The position numbers were made by a program, and so were the translations under genes. Below, in pieces: positions 53,681 to 55,342 of a DNA stretch of 55,342 nucleotides. Positions within the stretch are counted from its first letter, which is position 1. The number at the start of each line of letters is the position of its first letter. The stretch spans positions 1 through 55,342 of the forward strand of contig JACCYN010000379.1 in the NCBI GenBank assembly GCA_013696465.1, in the 5' to 3' direction. The notes under the pieces were generated by a model. The model ran no database searches and was not told where the DNA came from. It worked only from the letters and a program-made list of their open reading frames with translations. Source of the DNA: Pyrinomonadaceae bacterium. GTDB lineage: Bacteria; Acidobacteriota; Blastocatellia; Pyrinomonadales; Pyrinomonadaceae.

Positions 53681-54406
53681 TTACCGCACTTGCGCGCCGA
53701 GAAAATTGCTGCGCGGTTGCAGGGTAACGCTCTTTATTACAATCGGATCGGCCGGACGCTCAGTTCCTTCTGCAACCGGGGCACTGCTGATCACATCAAC
53801 TGTATCCATACCTTTGATGACGCGGCCGAAAACGGTGTAACGCTGATTGAAAGCGGGTTGGCGTTTGGTAGTAATGAAGAATTGACTGTTGGCTGAATTC
53901 GGTGAAGCTGAGCGCGCCGCGCCCAGCGTGCCGCGCTCGAAAGGCACGTCGCTAAATTCCGCCGTCAGATCGGGGCGATCTGATCCGCCTGACCCGTCGT
54001 TCGCCGGGTTATTGTCTTTCGAGAGCGGATCGCCGCCTTGAATAATTCCGAGTTCCGGGTCAATCCGGTGAAACGTCTGGTTGTTGTAAAATCCTTCGCC
54101 CGCAAGTTGCTTCAATCTTTTCACCGCCTCCGGCGCAAGATTCGGGTAAAGCTCAACGACGATCTGCCCGTAATAATTTGTATCAATCACTGCCACCTCC
54201 GCGTCCGGCTGCGGTGCAACGCCGCGTTTGATAAGCGACTGATCAATTCCATCCTCACCTTCTTCATCGAAATCCCGCGTCGCCGTTTGATTCGCGTTGC
54301 ACGCCGCGAGCAAACACACCAGCGCGAGCAACATCACGAAAGACCACACGCGCGCGCCGTTTCTCAATGGATTCTTCAAACCGAACTTCACAAAATTTTC
54401 TTCCAC
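53681..54406 (-). CDS. Cyclophilin-type PPIase, lipoprotein
   Basis: Lipobox LAAC; GFY...FHRI, IQGGDP, SANSQFFI, YTVFGRV; GGAGG before GTG54406. Confidence 0.92.
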   Translation of the reverse strand: MEENFVKFGLKNPLRNGARVWSFVMLLALVCLLAACNANQTATRDFDEEGEDGIDQSLIKRGVAPQPDAEVAVIDTNYYGQIVVELYPNLAPEAVKRLKQLAGEGFYNNQTFHRIDPELGIIQGGDPLSKDNNPANDGSGGSDRPDLTAEFSDVPFERGTLGAARSASPNSANSQFFITTKRQPAFNQRYTVFGRVIKGMDTVDVISSAPVAEGTERPADPIVIKSVTLQPRSNFLGAQVR

Positions 54407-54428
54407 TAAACCCCTCCGCACATAATTT

Positions 54429-54878
54429 CTAAAAAACTTTTCGACTATCAATCAAGATCGTCACCGGGCCGTCGTTGACAAGCTCAACCTGCATCATCCG
54501 CCGAAAGCTGCCCGTCTCAACTTTTTCGATTTTCTCCCGCGCCATCCGCACGAACGCATCATACAAAGGTTCAGCTCTTTCCGGTGCTGCCGCCTCGCTC
54601 CACGACGGCCGCCGCCCGCGCCTCATATCACCGTACAACGTAAACTGCGATACGACGAGTAACGCCCCGCCCACGTCAACAATCGACCTGTTCATCTGCC
54701 CTTCGTTATTGTTAAACGCGCGCAAGCCCGCGATCTTTTCGACGAGATGCTCCGCGTCCCTTTCTGTATCATCGTCCTTCACACCCAGCAGCACAAGCAA
54801 ACCCGACTCGATTGCGCCGACCATTTCATTTTCAACTTTTACGCTCGCGCTTGTCACGCGCTGCAACACGGCTCGCAT
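54429..54878 (-). CDS. dtd: D-aminoacyl-tRNA deacylase
   Basis: [19 protein letters not shown]. Confidence 0.97.
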   Translation of the reverse strand: MRAVLQRVTSASVKVENEMVGAIESGLLVLLGVKDDDTERDAEHLVEKIAGLRAFNNNEGQMNRSIVDVGGALLVVSQFTLYGDMRRGRRPSWSEAAAPERAEPLYDAFVRMAREKIEKVETGSFRRMMQVELVNDGPVTILIDSRKVF

Positions 54879-54905
54879 AATTTTTCAAGCGTACGCGGCG
54901 GCATA

Positions 54906-55342
54906 TCAAGGCACAAAGTTGAAACTTATCACGCCCGTTACCTTTGACAGCCTGCCCGCTTAACTCCGTCGGGGTGAAACGCCAGCGCCTAGCCGCCTGC
55001 TCTGAAGCTTGCCTTAACTCTTGAGGGCCGCTAACCGCTTTCGCGCTGATTACTCTTCCGGTTTCATCAACGGTAATTTGAACTATCACAGTTCCAGATA
55101 TGCGCACGCCAAGTGGATAGGCGGGTGCAAACTTAGCGAGCGCTCTTCCCGTCAGCACGCCGCCCGCAACCGTTCCGTCAACATTCAAAGGGGTGCTTCC
55201 GTCTGTTGAATTATTAGTAGAAGAGCTAAGAATTTCTGACAAACGTTTTTGCAGCCGGTTGGCTTGCTCTTCCCGATTCATCTTCACGGACATAACTATG
55301 TAATGCTCAAACGCTTGTTTGAGCTTCTGACGTGTCGCGGGC
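54906..55342 (-). pseudogene. TonB C-terminal domain protein, 5'-partial, frameshifted near its end
   Basis: Frame is open to the window edge; PAYP...GTVIVQITVDETGRV...AARRWRFTP; removing one base near 54943 restores KVTGVISFNFVP*. Confidence 0.7.

Overview
A GC-rich (roughly 60%) bacterial chromosomal segment. The gene content and lineage-typical small proteins suggest Acidobacteriota, probably Blastocatellia/Pyrinomonadaceae (inference). Most of it is core genome: proline dehydrogenase, hemA-hemC-hemD, an NtrC-type activator, RNase P RNA, a long minus-strand run (ftsY-ribD-rsmA, rnj, uppP, PilZ-recJ-ferredoxin-lptC/A-lptB-rpoN-hpf-hprK-rapZ-EIIA-HPr-EI), an HD-GYP sensor, an ECF sigma/anti-sigma/Spy module followed by mlaE-F-D, an aldehyde dehydrogenase, acnA, a cyclophilin and dtd. 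The most notable non-obvious signals are: (1) a complete-looking solitary integron gene cassette (AT-rich APH/choline-kinase-family kinase plus attC) between core genes with no integrase in the window, and a second decayed cassette with a related attC half at the window start; (2) two distant paralogues of a zinc-ribbon/2-TM protein ending in a shared SVT(D/E)xTTxLL motif; (3) a ribbon-helix-helix protein with an Arg-rich tail directly behind rnpB; (4) substitutions at normally invariant residues (RapZ Walker-A K to M, RibD Zn-ligand C to H, ferredoxin CxxHxxC, degenerate PilZ). I saw no CRISPR array, tRNA, rRNA, transposase or integrase. All family assignments come from motif recognition by eye, not database searches.
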